A stretch of 63,341 nucleotides of DNA from Phoronis australis. Lineage: Eukaryota > Animalia > Phoronida. The stretch covers positions 396,809 through 460,149 of the forward strand of contig NMRA01000073.1 in assembly GCA_002633005.1 (NCBI GenBank), read 5' to 3'. A model generated the notes under the pieces. It searched no databases. It worked only from the letters and a program-made list of their open reading frames with translations, and was not told the origin of the DNA. Shown piece by piece: positions 1 to 12,800 of this stretch (position 1 is the first letter of the stretch; every line of letters starts with the position of its first letter). A program made the translations under genes and the position numbers.

Positions 1-330
1 GGGCTTTAGCCCGCCACTTTTTTCAGTGCTGCGCCGCCCATGTGAAAGCGTTCTTTGCCAACTGTATCGCCCTTGGCCGATTATTCCACCTTTTAATTTT
101 TCCACCATCAAAACCGTCCTGCTTTTCGATACACGGCGACACTGTCATATTATTAAATACGACTGTAAATCCCAACGCGACATTGCACTATTTCCCGTTC
201 GACTAAAAAAAAAACGGGACGTTTCATGTTTTTGAGGCACCCGCAATTGCCCATTTGACTTAAGAATGCCGTGGGGCGCTTTTGAGTGTAACGTCTCCCG
301 TTCGCCAAAAGGCTGTCGGGACGTTTGTGT

Positions 331-1155
331 GGGATTGTTTTAAAACCCCCTTGACTCCTTCGACCCCCACACTCCACGACCCTCTCGAGTCACTACCCCT
401 TCGACCTTCAACCTGTGCCAATAGATGTATCTGCGCTTTTTACATATTTCATAATCATATTTTACGTCAATGAATGACTTTTCCACTAGACTTACACGTG
501 AATTCCTCTGGCTCAAATTTGGTAATTAAAAACAGAAAGTGGCGGAAGGACATAATCTGAAATACCTAATTGTGAGAGTGTTATCATTGCCACGAAATAG
601 GTCCAGGAGCGGCTACCAATGGCCCTGTTCTGCTCAACTGAGGGAGATAGTAGGCTAACGTGAAAGGACATATTTTCGAACTTTTATTATTTGCTTTCCA
701 TTCGTTTACAATACACTCCATGTAACACTGAAATACTATATAATTAACAATTTGTTTTTAAAGTGCTGTACTTACTGAAGAAATTACATATTCGTCGGTT
801 CCTCGAAGTCTCTCAAAAAGCTTAAATCTGCCATTCAATAAAGAGCAGACGAGCCAATTACACTTTGCCAGAAACGACATTTGTAAAATTGGTGGGTCTT
901 TGATTTGATTTCGTCGCCTTTTTCTACTTTTGGATTTCAAACTTGCCGAGTCTACTCACTTAATTGCAAAAAAGCAGAAAAGCCAGCCGAGCTCACGGCC
1001 CGACACGTTGGTCCTGCAAATCAGCGCTTGTTCCATGTTCAGAGCGAGTCGAGCTTGTGTAGACTGGGTCGAGGGTGTTGTGGGCCGTGGGGGTTGAGAC
1101 TTGAGGGGGTCGTGGGTCGAGGGGTGTGTGGGTCTATAGGTTTTAGAACAATCCG
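331..1155. repeat. Degenerate inverted repeat pair (about 331-415 and 1065-1155)
   Basis: ggattgttttaaaacc...ccacgaccctctcgagt matches the reverse complement of acttgagggggtcgtgg...ggttttagaacaatcc. Confidence 0.6.
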
Positions 1156-1689
1156 TTTTTGTGCGTTGCGGCGACTTTTTCACCCTTGGGTTTTGGCAAG
1201 ACCCTGACGCCCCGCTTTTTATCCAGAAGTCCCGCATTTCAATCCAGATGTCTCATTATTTTTTCATTCGCGAATGTTGACAACACTATGGAACATGTGA
1301 TCATTTATGTTTTTAATGAAACAAATATTACGTGTATGGGAATCAATCAGTTACTTTCTGAAAGAATAAGTTTACTTACACACTACTACATAAATTCATG
1401 TACAGCAAATTTAAAGTTGTGGTGCAGACCATTACGTAAAACTAATGATTTGTCCACGGTAGTCGTTCGTTTGAGGCTATCGAATGAGGATTACTGAATC
1501 CATCAATGTGAGCTGTGTTTGTTTGTTCAATTTCTTGGAAATTTGGGGCTAAAACGAAAGGCAAATAAATTTTATTGAGTATTTAAGTTGAAGTTAAGTT
1601 GATTTTGCACGATCTGAGACTGTGCGGGTGACAAGCTGTCGAAGTGGGAAATGAAACAATTGAATATTTGTTTCAAATTCTTCACTCAC

Positions 1690-1790
1690 AGACATGTTTT
1701 ATTTTTTCTATCATTTCATCTTTATTATGAGCTCCTCTTTGACTAATGACATTTTCTAAAATTAAAACTTAAAACTGAGTCCTTAATTAA
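1690..1790. repeat. Inverted fragment of the 39.8-40.2 kb MITE family
   Basis: ctatcatt.catctttattatgagctcct.ttt is the reverse complement of aaaggagctcataataaagatagaatgatag at ~40075-40105. Confidence 0.65.
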
Positions 1791-2282
1791 GTGACAATGA
1801 TCAGGGACGTAGTCAAGATATTAGGGGCGTTTCACTAAAACATCCCTACTTATTTCCAACATTACTGAGAAGTCAACTTTTGTAATTTGTATTCAAGTCA
1901 AAGATTGCCATGCTAATGAGACTCATACAGAATAAGAAAGGAAAATCAATGTTTTCACAAGCCCACAAATACGCAGTAGACTTAGGGAACTTAGCTGAAT
2001 CTCTAAAAGTTCATTTCTGATTTAAGTCTATAATTTGTCTCAACTTTCAAACTTTGAAACTTCCATATCGGGTAAGTTAGACAAAATTTAGACAGAATGC
2101 AACTCAAAAACTTTAGCCAAAATGGGCCAATGAGACAAATTTAAGTTTTCTATTAAAATTGACATTGACATTTAAGATTTGTCTTAGCCATAGGAATGTG
2201 CAAAAGTATTGCATCATTTAGTATTACACTCGAATATTTTCCCAAAAATAGAGGATTCACGAGATGAACAACCTTTTTATTT

Positions 2283-4348
2283 TTATTCCCCTTTATAATC
2301 TTTACAGTAGCAATACCTTTTTAATTTTTTATCTTTTGTACAAAAAGATTGGTCGCCATACTTGTTTATCCTGTTTATATCACCAATCACTGAAGACTTC
2401 ATCAGTTCAGGAGATTGCAGATCAAACGGAAGTTTAACATAGGCTTCGAACAAAGAACGACCAGGAACCGTTTCAAAAACCACAATATTCGTAGTCAAAT
2501 TTACATTTTTTCCTCGATCGCCATACTGGAACGCAGAATGAATTTTACTAAACTTTAGTGTTTCGCACAAAGCACCGTGTGGCTCTAGTTTGCTCTGGAT
2601 GTGTTTAAGTGCTTGAGTAGCAGCTTTCAAAGCTTTTGGAGAGTCGACGTCAATAGGATAAAGCTCGTCACATCTGCAGTATGTCTCGGGTACACCGCAT
2701 GTCTTACACTCTCTGTCATCTGGCACGGTGCCAAATAAGCTTAGCCCCCTTTGATCCTTTTCGTAATGGCGAGAGGAAAAGTTGTTACTAACAATGTCCA
2801 TCAGAGTGGCATGTATATCATACGGTGTCGTTAGGCGGTTTGCATTTTCTTGCACGTTTTTAATGGCACCGGGATGTGCCTTCTGAAACGTTTCGGGAAA
2901 ACGAATTGCCATAACTGGCAGTGCAGATTCTGTTCGGCCAATAGGAGTCTGTCGTATTGCACTGTATCTGTTCCCATGGTCACTTAAAAACATGACAATT
3001 ACGTTCTTAAGGAATCCATTTTCATGTAATGTCTTAAAAAACTCATACAAATAGTCATCTGCAATCTGAATATCATTCAGACTATAATGGCTAAGATCAT
3101 TCAAAAAGCTGAAACTGAAATAAGCAGAATTCGCAAACTTCTTCGCGAACAGCTTCACCCAGTCTAACATGAGCTCATAAATAGTTTTACCATTAAAACA
3201 GCTTCCGGACTTAAAACCTTGCTGTTTCATAATTTTTGCTGTGGCGTCGCGCTCCTCCCAAAATGGTCGCTGGTAGTAGTGCGTGGGGGCCTTTGCAAAG
3301 CCTCTCGTAAGGTAATTGAAGGTGGCATAGAGCTGATCTTCGGTGTACAACGTGACGTAATTGTTTTCAGCAAACCTTTTCCATACGAAAGGTGTTGTAT
3401 TTAGAAAGTATCCTCCTAAGATCTTGGGTATTTCTGATGCGTTTTTTCCGCTGAGCAGAGGCACAAGATTCGGGTAAGAGTTATATCCCACAGCGGTGTA
3501 ACCAGTAAGCGCAACGGCAGACATCTGTTTCGTGAAATACTCGTACGTCTTCGGTAGCTGGCGGAGTGCATTTGCGCGCGACAAACCATCAAAACCTATC
3601 ATAAGAACGCTGTACATTGTCTTTGTCGTTGCTGGATGTTGTTTTTTCTTTTTGTTTTTTACGTCAGTTTGACTATTGTTCATCTTCGCTAGAACACTTT
3701 GTTTGTCCGATATAGTAGCGTGTAAATTGATATAAACTACCCTTTTCTCGACGAAACATCTTACGCGAGTGAAATCCGTAGATACTTTTACTGCTTTGTC
3801 TGGCACTAACGTCGTATCATTTGAGTGAACACGCTTGTTGTCGTTGTCCCTAACAAAGGTATTATAAGAGCATATCGAATTCGCACTACCTATTAGCGAA
3901 CGCAGTCTTTTGGAATGTAAAATCAAGTACCCTGTGTCGTTGACTTCTGAAATGAGATATTTAGTTGGTTCGCAATTTACTTTTCCAACTTTTTTAATAA
4001 AACGAAGAACCGATTTATCGAAAGGGTCAAATCGTGGCGTTTCACAAATCAAGGACTTGTTCACATTTACTCCTAATCCTTTACCAGCAGTTTCTAAATT
4101 TTGTGACGCAAGTTCCCTGCCGGATGTACTATGCGCCGAATTAGACCTCCACTTCCCAAAAGTTGTGATCAGCCAGCTACCCATTGACCTGCTCACGTAA
4201 GATTGGCAGCAGTTTTCACCTGAGACATGAGTGCTTAATCGCTTTTTACAATGTTGGCATACGTTGGGTCCTTGAAAATGGTTCTGGACTATCATTGTTA
4301 TCACGGTCAACGAGACGACTGCTATAAACAACCTGGACTTGTAAGTAC
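2283..4348 (-). CDS. DUF229-family (alkaline phosphatase/sulfatase superfamily) membrane-anchored protein, main coding exon
   Basis: The 705-codon ORF (2283-4400) has an N-terminal hydrophobic segment (LFIAVVSLTVITMIV) and family-like motifs VLMIGFDGLSRANALRQLPKT, GYTAVGYNSYPNL, MFLSDHGNRY, NRLTTPYDIHATL, R.C..CGVP..YC.C, RINKYGDQSFC and YCYC. There is no in-frame ATG before the TM segment. A good acceptor (tttttactcaatttacag|G) ends at 4349, so the exon likely starts at 4348. Confidence 0.88.
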
Positions 4349-4772
4349 CTGTAAATTGAGTAAAAACGGAAACTATTGGTTGGTTACACAAGCAGAACAA
4401 TGCATGTTCCGAGTCATTCCAATAGACAGTGTTTGAGTTTGCCTCCGGTGTTTATATAACACCAGTGTGATACGTTGGAGTAAGCGATCGGTATTACACC
4501 AAGCCCGTTGCCCAACACAAACACTTGCGACCGAACGCCAGTTTGATTATGTGCTTCACTTCTAGCTGGTTCCCTGAGTGTCCGCTAGGGAGTAGAGGAC
4601 ATGCAGGTAGGCCTATCCTTGAGTGGCACGTGTTTTATCACTGGATGATGTTACCTCGGCAGTCATTGGTTAGCTTTACAACAAAGTAAGAAAATGGCGG
4701 ACTGTGAACAATTTTTAGCCTTGTCATTCAAGTGGCTAGGCAGCAAACATTTCATTTCTGCAGTAATGTTTA

Positions 4773-4968
4773 ATAGACTTTATTGATGAAGTCGCCATTT
4801 TAGAAGGGAGCGTCTTTTTAAGTTAAAAAATAATACATTTGAGACATGAATAAAACGAGGCATGCGAAAAAATCACGCTTTCGATGTATTTAAGTGCAAA
4901 ATGCATCGTTTTAAAACCTAAAAATAGACTTACTTTTAAAATGGCGAGTGCGTGAATACGGTGTATAG
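4773..4968. mobile_element. Decayed MITE upstream of the DUF229 exon
   Basis: Imperfect inverted termini: ...tcgccattttagaag and cttttaaaatggcga... Confidence 0.5.
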
Positions 4969-7900
4969 ACACGTGCTTGAAGCGCATACAATGCACACAC
5001 ATCTGGCCGACTTAACGGTTATGTCATTCATACTGTGTGAATACAATGGGACAGCAACGTAACCAAAAGTCAGCGAGAGTAGAACCATGCACTCCGAAAA
5101 GGCACAACCAGACAACTTTCAGATTCACATTTCATGAACATAAATTACAGTAGGCACCACTTTGTCCGTATAACAGACCACAAACTGTATCCACATTTAC
5201 ACTTTCTCCACGAGTATTGCCTCAGAGCAACGTCATAGTACAAGTAACCTTAATCTGGCTATTTCGGATGTACGGCTCAAACAGGTTGACAGTAAAAAGT
5301 TATTGGGCGTTACTGTAGACAAGTATGGAACGCCTCTAGCGTGACGAGTCATTTTTGACACGACACGCTGACACGTCAATGATGTTGTCGAACTCGTGTG
5401 GATGTTCTTAAAAGAACCAGTCAGTGTTAAGGTTTTATAGTGTGTTGACTAAACCAATGAGGTCGTCATGTTTTGAGGTGACTGACAAGAACAAAGGCTG
5501 TCAATCATATATCGACTTAGTATTACAAGAGACAAAAACAGGAGTTACTGAACACGGAAGTGTCCAAATGTGCATTGGATGGCTTCAAGGAATTTGTACG
5601 ATCAGCAAGTACTTATAACGAAGATGGGTACGGCGACGACAATTTCTTGTGATGGTGCATTCCAGGAATTCCTTTCACCAAACATGAGTACGACCAACAC
5701 GGCAACAGCAAAGCGTAAGCGCGTGTCGAGTGCAAAAGAGTTAAGCCAACATGGCGGTCAGAAGAAGCGCGACATTTATAATGGAACTTCGTAGTGCAAG
5801 CTTGTGTACTGGGGGCGATATCACGATGTCTGAATTTGTTGTCGATTGTAAACGTGACCTGGAGTGTTGCTGTAGACATATTTCTATGGACCAAGTGTTG
5901 CAAGAAACCGTCATTTTAGTGAAAGCGGAATAAGTTGTCCTTTTTGTTGGCCGGGTGTGCTCGATTTGTGTACTATAAGTGTAGGTTGTGCAAACGAATA
6001 GAGTCGTACCCCGCGTTGACAATTAACTATAGTCTAAAGACTACTACGGGAAGTCGGGAAGGTACTTCTGATTTGGAAAATTATGATGCACACCCATTTA
6101 GAGAGTGGACTCTATTTTGCAGTACCGGCAAAGGGACCCATCTGTAAGAAACTCCTTGAAAAAGTCACCTTTTGACAAAAAAATTCTAAAAAACCGCCTT
6201 TTGTTTGGGTTAATTTCATCAGAAGGGATGGGTGGTTCTCTACTCTAGTGAAAGTGTGCCACCAAGAGGTCAGAATTTGGCTACCGAAAAGGTATCCAAC
6301 CTACTTGGAAACCAGAAATTCCCTTTTTGTATTGAGTGTACATTGCAGGGGCAACGATATTTGGGTGCAGTCAAAGTTTGACATAACCTCATCTCACTAA
6401 GAGTGTATGATAAAGGCAAACTTCACAAGACAAGAATCAATGGGAGTTAGGTCCTCTACCATATCACGTCGACTGAAGTATGTAATAATTTCATTACCAC
6501 TGTTCAAGAATTGACACTGTCTCCTGACTGGTGCTTAAGCTGCTAGCAATTTGATGGACAGGGCTTTTAATTAGTGGTGATTAATGCAATTGTATCATTT
6601 TTGTGGTATAGTAAAGAATCTTTAGATTGTTTCTGGTAAATCTCATCCATTGAACATTGGAAACCGTGAATTGCATGATCCTACACGGTATCATGTACAG
6701 AGTGTGGAAATTAGGCGAAATTCAAGGTGGCGGAAACCGCCATCTTGAACTATAAAAAATGCTCAAAGTTGCACCAAGTGCAACCAAGTTTCTTTTATTC
6801 TTCTAACCATATATAATAAATTTTCAAAAGAAAACTTTACAGTAAACAACTTTGCAGGGTCAACTTTTTGGCAACTAGACTACTGCTTTTCAACTTTTTG
6901 GCCAACTGTGTCAAACCCCGTTAAACAGTAATAGTGCAGTTGCTATCCTTCTTTGACACATTTTTCATTTTGTATTTATGTAACTGTTAAGCAATCACTT
7001 TAAGTAATATGCACACTCTTGACAGGTGTATCCTAAAGCCACGCATGGTGCATACATGTAGGCTTTGACGTTAAGATGTCCTCAGGGAGTATGCCAAGTC
7101 TTCAAGACAATACAATGAGGTTGCGGACTCACAACTAGACTCAGCTGTTGGAGGCACAGTTGGTTTGTATTGTTAAATTGCACTTCAAAGTTCAACTAAA
7201 TTATTTATCAGTGGATTATAATTACCGTAGAAACCCGCAAATAAGCGCATGTGAAACAAGTCAATGCATTTTTTGCCAAACTTTCCTACTCAAATGTTCC
7301 GCACATACATGTGCATGTACTTAAAGTCCCTATAAAATGAGCCAACTGCCTTTTAGATATGTTAAATACATGTACTTTTGTGCAACATATCTTTGTTTCG
7401 TTTTATTCCACACAACCACTAACTAATTACTACGCATTTTGTGCCCCCCATATTATGTGCCCCCATCAGAAACCCCTTTTATCCTCTCGACGAATCACAG
7501 TAGACTGGCCTATTGACATCATCGTTGAGAACGAGCAACACATTACCGCGCTAACCACAACCTGTAGTGGTGACCCGAGCACCCAAACTGCTTACACCGT
7601 GTCGTGTGACTCCCTCGCCACACACCTGGCACCTTCTAAATAGCTCCAACACACTAGTGTTTGTAATGCTAAATGTTGTAAAGTATTGTGCATTTTAAGT
7701 TACTTATTATGTTAAAAGTTTGAATCATTTGGCTTAATGAATAAAAAATGGTAACATGTTGTATTGGACTTGTCATACTGATGTGCTCGAACGATCCCCC
7801 TTTTTGAGAACTGGAAAAAGGTCTGCCTCAGTCACAGAAGCACGAATTCCGAAAAAAGTAGAAAATGAGACAATATTCCACTAGAAGACAGGAAGTACCA

Positions 7901-8220
7901 AAATTTAGAGTCTGCAATTCATAGCTCTGAACATACCCACTGAATCTTATAGTAAAAGATTTTATTAAAATTAAAGCGCGCTGTCGATTATTTTATCCCC
8001 GTTTGCTTGCTGGTAACAGTACAGGCACTGGTCCAGTCGCACTGACGGCGTTTTCTCGGCCTGGGTTCCTGAATGAATTGTACTTCCGGGTTCGCGGCAA
8101 CTTCAAAATGGCGGTGGTTCTTCGGGTGCGAATCGTGAGTGGCGCGTTCGTTGAAACTTTTTTCGAGTACGGATCGTGTATTAGTTATGGGGTAGGTACT
8201 TCTTGGATCCTTATAACATC

Positions 8221-8982
8221 NNNNNNNNNNNNNNNNNNNNNNNNNNNNNNNNNNNNNNNNNNNNNNNNNNNNNNNNNNNNNNNNNNNNNNNNNNNNNNNN
8301 NNNNNNNNNNNNNNNNNNNNNNNNNNNNNNNNNNNNNNNNNNNNNNNNNNNNNNNNNNNNNNNNNNNNNNNNNNNNNNNNNNNNNNNNNNNNNNNNNNNN
8401 NNNNNNNNNNNNNNNNNNNNNNNNNNNNNNNNNNNNNNNNNNNNNNNNNNNNNNNNNNNNNNNNNNNNNNNNNNNNNNNNNNNNNNNNNNNNNNNNNNNN
8501 NNNNNNNNNNNNNNNNNNNNNNNNNNNNNNNNNNNNNNNNNNNNNNNNNNNNNNNNNNNNNNNNNNNNNNNNNNNNNNNNNNNNNNNNNNNNNNNNNNNN
8601 NNNNNNNNNNNNNNNNNNNNNNNNNNNNNNNNNNNNNNNNNNNNNNNNNNNNNNNNNNNNNNNNNNNNNNNNNNNNNNNNNNNNNNNNNNNNNNNNNNNN
8701 NNNNNNNNNNNNNNNNNNNNNNNNNNNNNNNNNNNNNNNNNNNNNNNNNNNNNNNNNNNNNNNNNNNNNNNNNNNNNNNNNNNNNNNNNNNNNNNNNNNN
8801 NNNNNNNNNNNNNNNNNNNNNNNNNNNNNNNNNNNNNNNNNNNNNNNNNNNNNNNNNNNNNNNNNNNNNNNNNNNNNNNNNNNNNNNNNNNNNNNNNNNN
8901 NNNNNNNNNNNNNNNNNNNNNNNNNNNNNNNNNNNNNNNNNNNNNNNNNNNNNNNNNNNNNNNNNNNNNNNNNNNNNNNNNN
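8221..8982. other. Assembly gap (762 N)
   Basis: Run of N. Confidence 1.
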
Positions 8983-9859
8983 ACCACGTGTTCTCATTCA
9001 AAATGCAGGTCAATATCTCGCTAAGTCTTGAATTATAGCAAGGTCCTCGTGTTACTGCTCTTATTCTAGATGCGTCTTCAGTCTCTACGTAAACAAAAGC
9101 AGCGCCATCTATCATTTAGAACCACGCATGCCAGTTGATTTACGTTACATATTGTTTGTAATAAGCGATAATCATCAATGCCGTTTTCAGAGAATGGTAA
9201 TTAATAATGCTGTCTGCCTTTTCTCCAAAATACAAGGTTTATATGTCGCGTTTCACAAGCTAATTATATGTTCCAAGAGCCCCATATTGGTAGCAGAGGC
9301 AACTGAGAACATGCAAAAGGACGAAATGCAGTTCGTGTAATGCTTCGTACGCAAAAACTACATTAGAGGCAAGATTTTTTATTTGAGATTATAAACAGGT
9401 TAGGAATGACTAAACAAATTATTATAAAGTCAATTTCAGGAAAGGTGCGTTATGGCTTCTACAGAGTGCCAAATTTGGCCGAAAATGGCTCCAGTGAAAA
9501 CCTGAAAAATAGCCGTTTTTGCCTCACAAATTCAAAATGTATAAATTTAAAAATGGATTTTAAAAATTACGCCATTAAATTTTTCAGCCACTGCGCTTTC
9601 AATTCGTATTATTCATTTGTTTTGACCTTACCACACATGCTTGTAAAATGCATTCAAACATGCCTACTTCGACGCCCAATTTTGTTGCAAAACGGGGGTA
9701 CGGGTCATAAAAAGAAAAATAATGAATGATAATTCTTAAAAAGTGAGTTTTTTCTACATCTCAACAAACCAAACTCATGTGCTAAGTTTAAAAAAAATCG
9801 GTGATTTTGGGTATAGACTCCACCTGTTGGTTTTTATATGGAGTCACTCTTAACAACGC

Positions 9860-11240
9860 AAAATTAATGTCACTAAAAACTACAGTCTTCCTTGAATAAA
9901 CTAAATTATTCAACGTGTTGGAAAAAAATGGCGTTCAACAGTTACAGTATTCTGCAGCTAAATTTGGAGCTATCTTTAGCGACCGCTTTCGGCGCCATGA
10001 AATATTGTGTCATCTATTGGCCAGTTTCTTTTTTCGCCGATTCTTCAATCAACTGTTGCTCTTTCACGAGGTTGCGTATACGTCACAACAAATTATCGGA
10101 ACTGGTTTCACTTCATTATAAGTTTTTAGAATTTTGATACCGAAAAGCCGAATTTCAGAAGAAATTTTGCTGCTGCCAAGCTATCACCATCTCCAGAAAG
10201 ATGTCGCAAAAATTTAGGAAATTGCGCGTGCGCGTGACACGAGCGTACTGTTTTCAAAACGACGACGTACTTTTCAATGTTAGAAAAGACGCAGAGTTAC
10301 GCAAGAAAATGACGTTTATTGCCTTGTTTTTCACTTAAACGGCTGCAACGGGAAAGGTGAGAGTAGGTTGATTCCCACATTTTTCATGCACCCCGTCCCG
10401 TCTTTAACTCTACATGTTGAAACAGATTTGACGGCTTGTTGACGAGCAGAACTACTCTTGCTGCGTGCAATTTCGGATTCTACGGAAAAAATACACACAG
10501 CTGTATTTTGACGATAGTCTTTATACAGCTAGCTGGATGGCTATTACTTGTGTAATCTTGGCTCAAAGGTGTATAATAAACGTACAGCTTTGCGCAGATG
10601 TGGGTAAAAAACTGACTAGACAAAATCTGGCACAACATAAATGTCATTAAAAACTTCACTGTTCCTTTCACAAACTAAATTATTTACCACTGTCGGAAAA
10701 AGTTGGCGTTCAACCGTGATTGTGCTTCTAAAATCGCGATCCGATTTTTTGCGTCGGCTTTCGGAGTCATAAAATATTGCGTCACCTATTGGACAGTTTT
10801 TTCGGCAATCAATCAATTGTAGTTGTTCTTTCGCGAGGTTGCGTACACGTCACAACAAATTATACGAATTGGTTTCACTTCATTATAATTATTAATAAAT
10901 TTGATACCAGCAAACCGAATTTCAGAGCAAATTTTGCTGCTGCGAAGCTGTCATCATCTCCCGTGAGATGTCGCAAAAATAGGAAATTGCGCGAGCACGT
11001 GTCACGAGCATACTGTTTTGAAAAGAATTACGTTTATTAGATTGTTTTCATTTAAACTGCAGTAACGGGCAAGGTGAGTCTCGGTTGGCTAGCGGATCTT
11101 GCATGCACCCCGTCGGTGTTTATCTACGACGAGGTGACGAGCAGAAGTACCCGGGATGTGCGCATTTTCGAGGTCGGAGCTCAACGTACTAGCCAGCCAG
11201 CTAGCTGTATGAAGACTATCGTCAAAATGCAGCTAGGTAC
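9860..11240 (+). repeat. Two tandem diverged copies of the same MITE family
   Basis: 9860-10543 and ~10550-11180 share blocks such as gaggttgcgta.acgtcacaacaaatta, aattttgctgctgc.aagct and acgagcagaa.tac. The TIR motif occurs at 10497-10543 (reverse) and 11189-11240 (forward). Confidence 0.85.
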
Positions 11241-12513
11241 CACCACAGGCGCTTGAATTTATCTGTTCCTAGATCACGACAGACGTCACTCACTACTGAG
11301 AAAACATAAAAGTTGGACACTCAAAATCTGTTTGCTCAAAATTTTCTACACAAATGTGCTTGGTACCTGCATCGAACAGATATTTGAATAGCTTCTTTCA
11401 CTTGATCACTTCAAATTGCCTTCGAGTGCTGATTTGACAACAAAAATGACGAATAAGGGCCAAAATCACAAATTCAAGGACCTTATTTCGTGACGTAAGA
11501 CATTCAGGGCAGACGACTTTCGAGCATCCGGGTTTTTGTCGGACGCTCCCGAAGCAATTACGAAGCTCTGTTTTCGCGAGCCCACGAATGTTATTGAAGT
11601 GCCCGGCCTCCACATAATTTAGCATCAAATTGAATGTAGTTACACTCTGGTTATGAAAAAAACGTTGTTTATAATTGAATCTCTAGGATTGCTAGCTACT
11701 ACGCTGGCCTACACTGCAAAATCCGACAATTGCCGATAGGTGATTTACCGCGACGTGCGGTAACATCGGAAATCTCCGCCAACATCCGGGCTGTCGTTGA
11801 GCTTCAACAAAGGAGAGCACATAATGTCAAGATCAAACACAAGATACGCCCGTTGTTGCACGTGAATTCTAGGTTAAGTGATAAAATGAGCTATACGGAG
11901 AAACACATTACACAGAAATGAAATGATTTTTTAGTAACCTCAATCATTTAAATTGGGGGAAAACTTCTTGACTTTTTTATAGGAGTTGGTTGCTCAAACT
12001 CGAAATTTTATCTTCGACAGTCGTACAAGTTAAAGCACAACTGGGATCCGCCATGTTAACTATTTTGGGTCCTTGAATTCAGAGTTTTGAAATTGTTTTG
12101 ACAATGTCGTCGCTAATTCACAACGCAAAGGGATAATTTAATAGGATCAAGGAAAGATTAGGCTTCCGGAAGGTTTGAGCAATACCAGTTTGAGGGAGGT
12201 GCACGCATATTTTATTTGGGTTTGGGACAGTTGGAGTTGGGAGCCTCGACTCGTCAAAGTTTTAAAGTGTCCAACCTTTATGGTTCTTGTGAATGGTTAT
12301 GAGTCACCGGGAAATTAGAGCGTCTGTGGGTACCACTGTGTAGTGTATCCAGCCAGCTAGCTGTATGAAGACTGTTGCCAAAATACAGCTGGGTACCACT
12401 GTGTGTATTTCTTCCGTAGACCCCGAAATTGCACACAGCCAGGGTAGTTCTGCTCGTCACCTCGTCGTGAAACTTGTATCAACATCTATTCACGAAAACA
12501 ACAACGGTTTTAA

Positions 12514-12561
12514 AACTTGACATGTTTCGGTGTCATTTATTAAACACCATCCTCAGAAGTC
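12514..12561 (-). ncRNA. Minimal type I hammerhead ribozyme motif (intact core)
   Basis: Reads GACUU-CUGAGGA-U-GGUGU-(10-nt loop)-ACACC-GAAA-CAUG-UC-AAGUU. Stem I, the catalytic core, stem II, a palindromic stem III and the GUC site are all present. Confidence 0.82.
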
Positions 12562-12752
12562 ATAATACAGTGGCCACCCAGCCAGGCCCAGCAACAAGCA
12601 ATGAAGCACAGACAGCCAGGGAGCGACAATGAACCAGACCAACAATGACAACCCGCGGTGCGCCAGCTGCCGACCGAGACTGGGTTTGCACCAACTGATA
12701 TGTAAAGCCTCACGAATTGTTGCTGGGCCTGGCTGGGTGGCCACTGTATTAT

Positions 12753-12800
12753 GACTTCTGAGGATGGTGTTTAATAAATGACACCGAAAGATGTCAAGTT
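12753..12800 (+). ncRNA. Second hammerhead ribozyme motif (stem III point mutation)
   Basis: Same motif on the plus strand, but it reads GAAAGAUGUC instead of GAAACAUGUC (position 12790). Confidence 0.7.

Noticed and set aside
4349-4400. TTG start at 4400 proposed by the ORF track for the DUF229 gene
   Set aside because: A non-ATG start is unlikely in an animal gene, and the segment looks like an intron 3' end.
5570-6022. Short ORFs with a CCRH motif suggesting a THAP remnant
   Set aside because: Too little of the motif is present to support a call.
7988-9115. Long ORFs (258-375 aa) in the ORF track
   Set aside because: They are artefacts of translating through the N gap.
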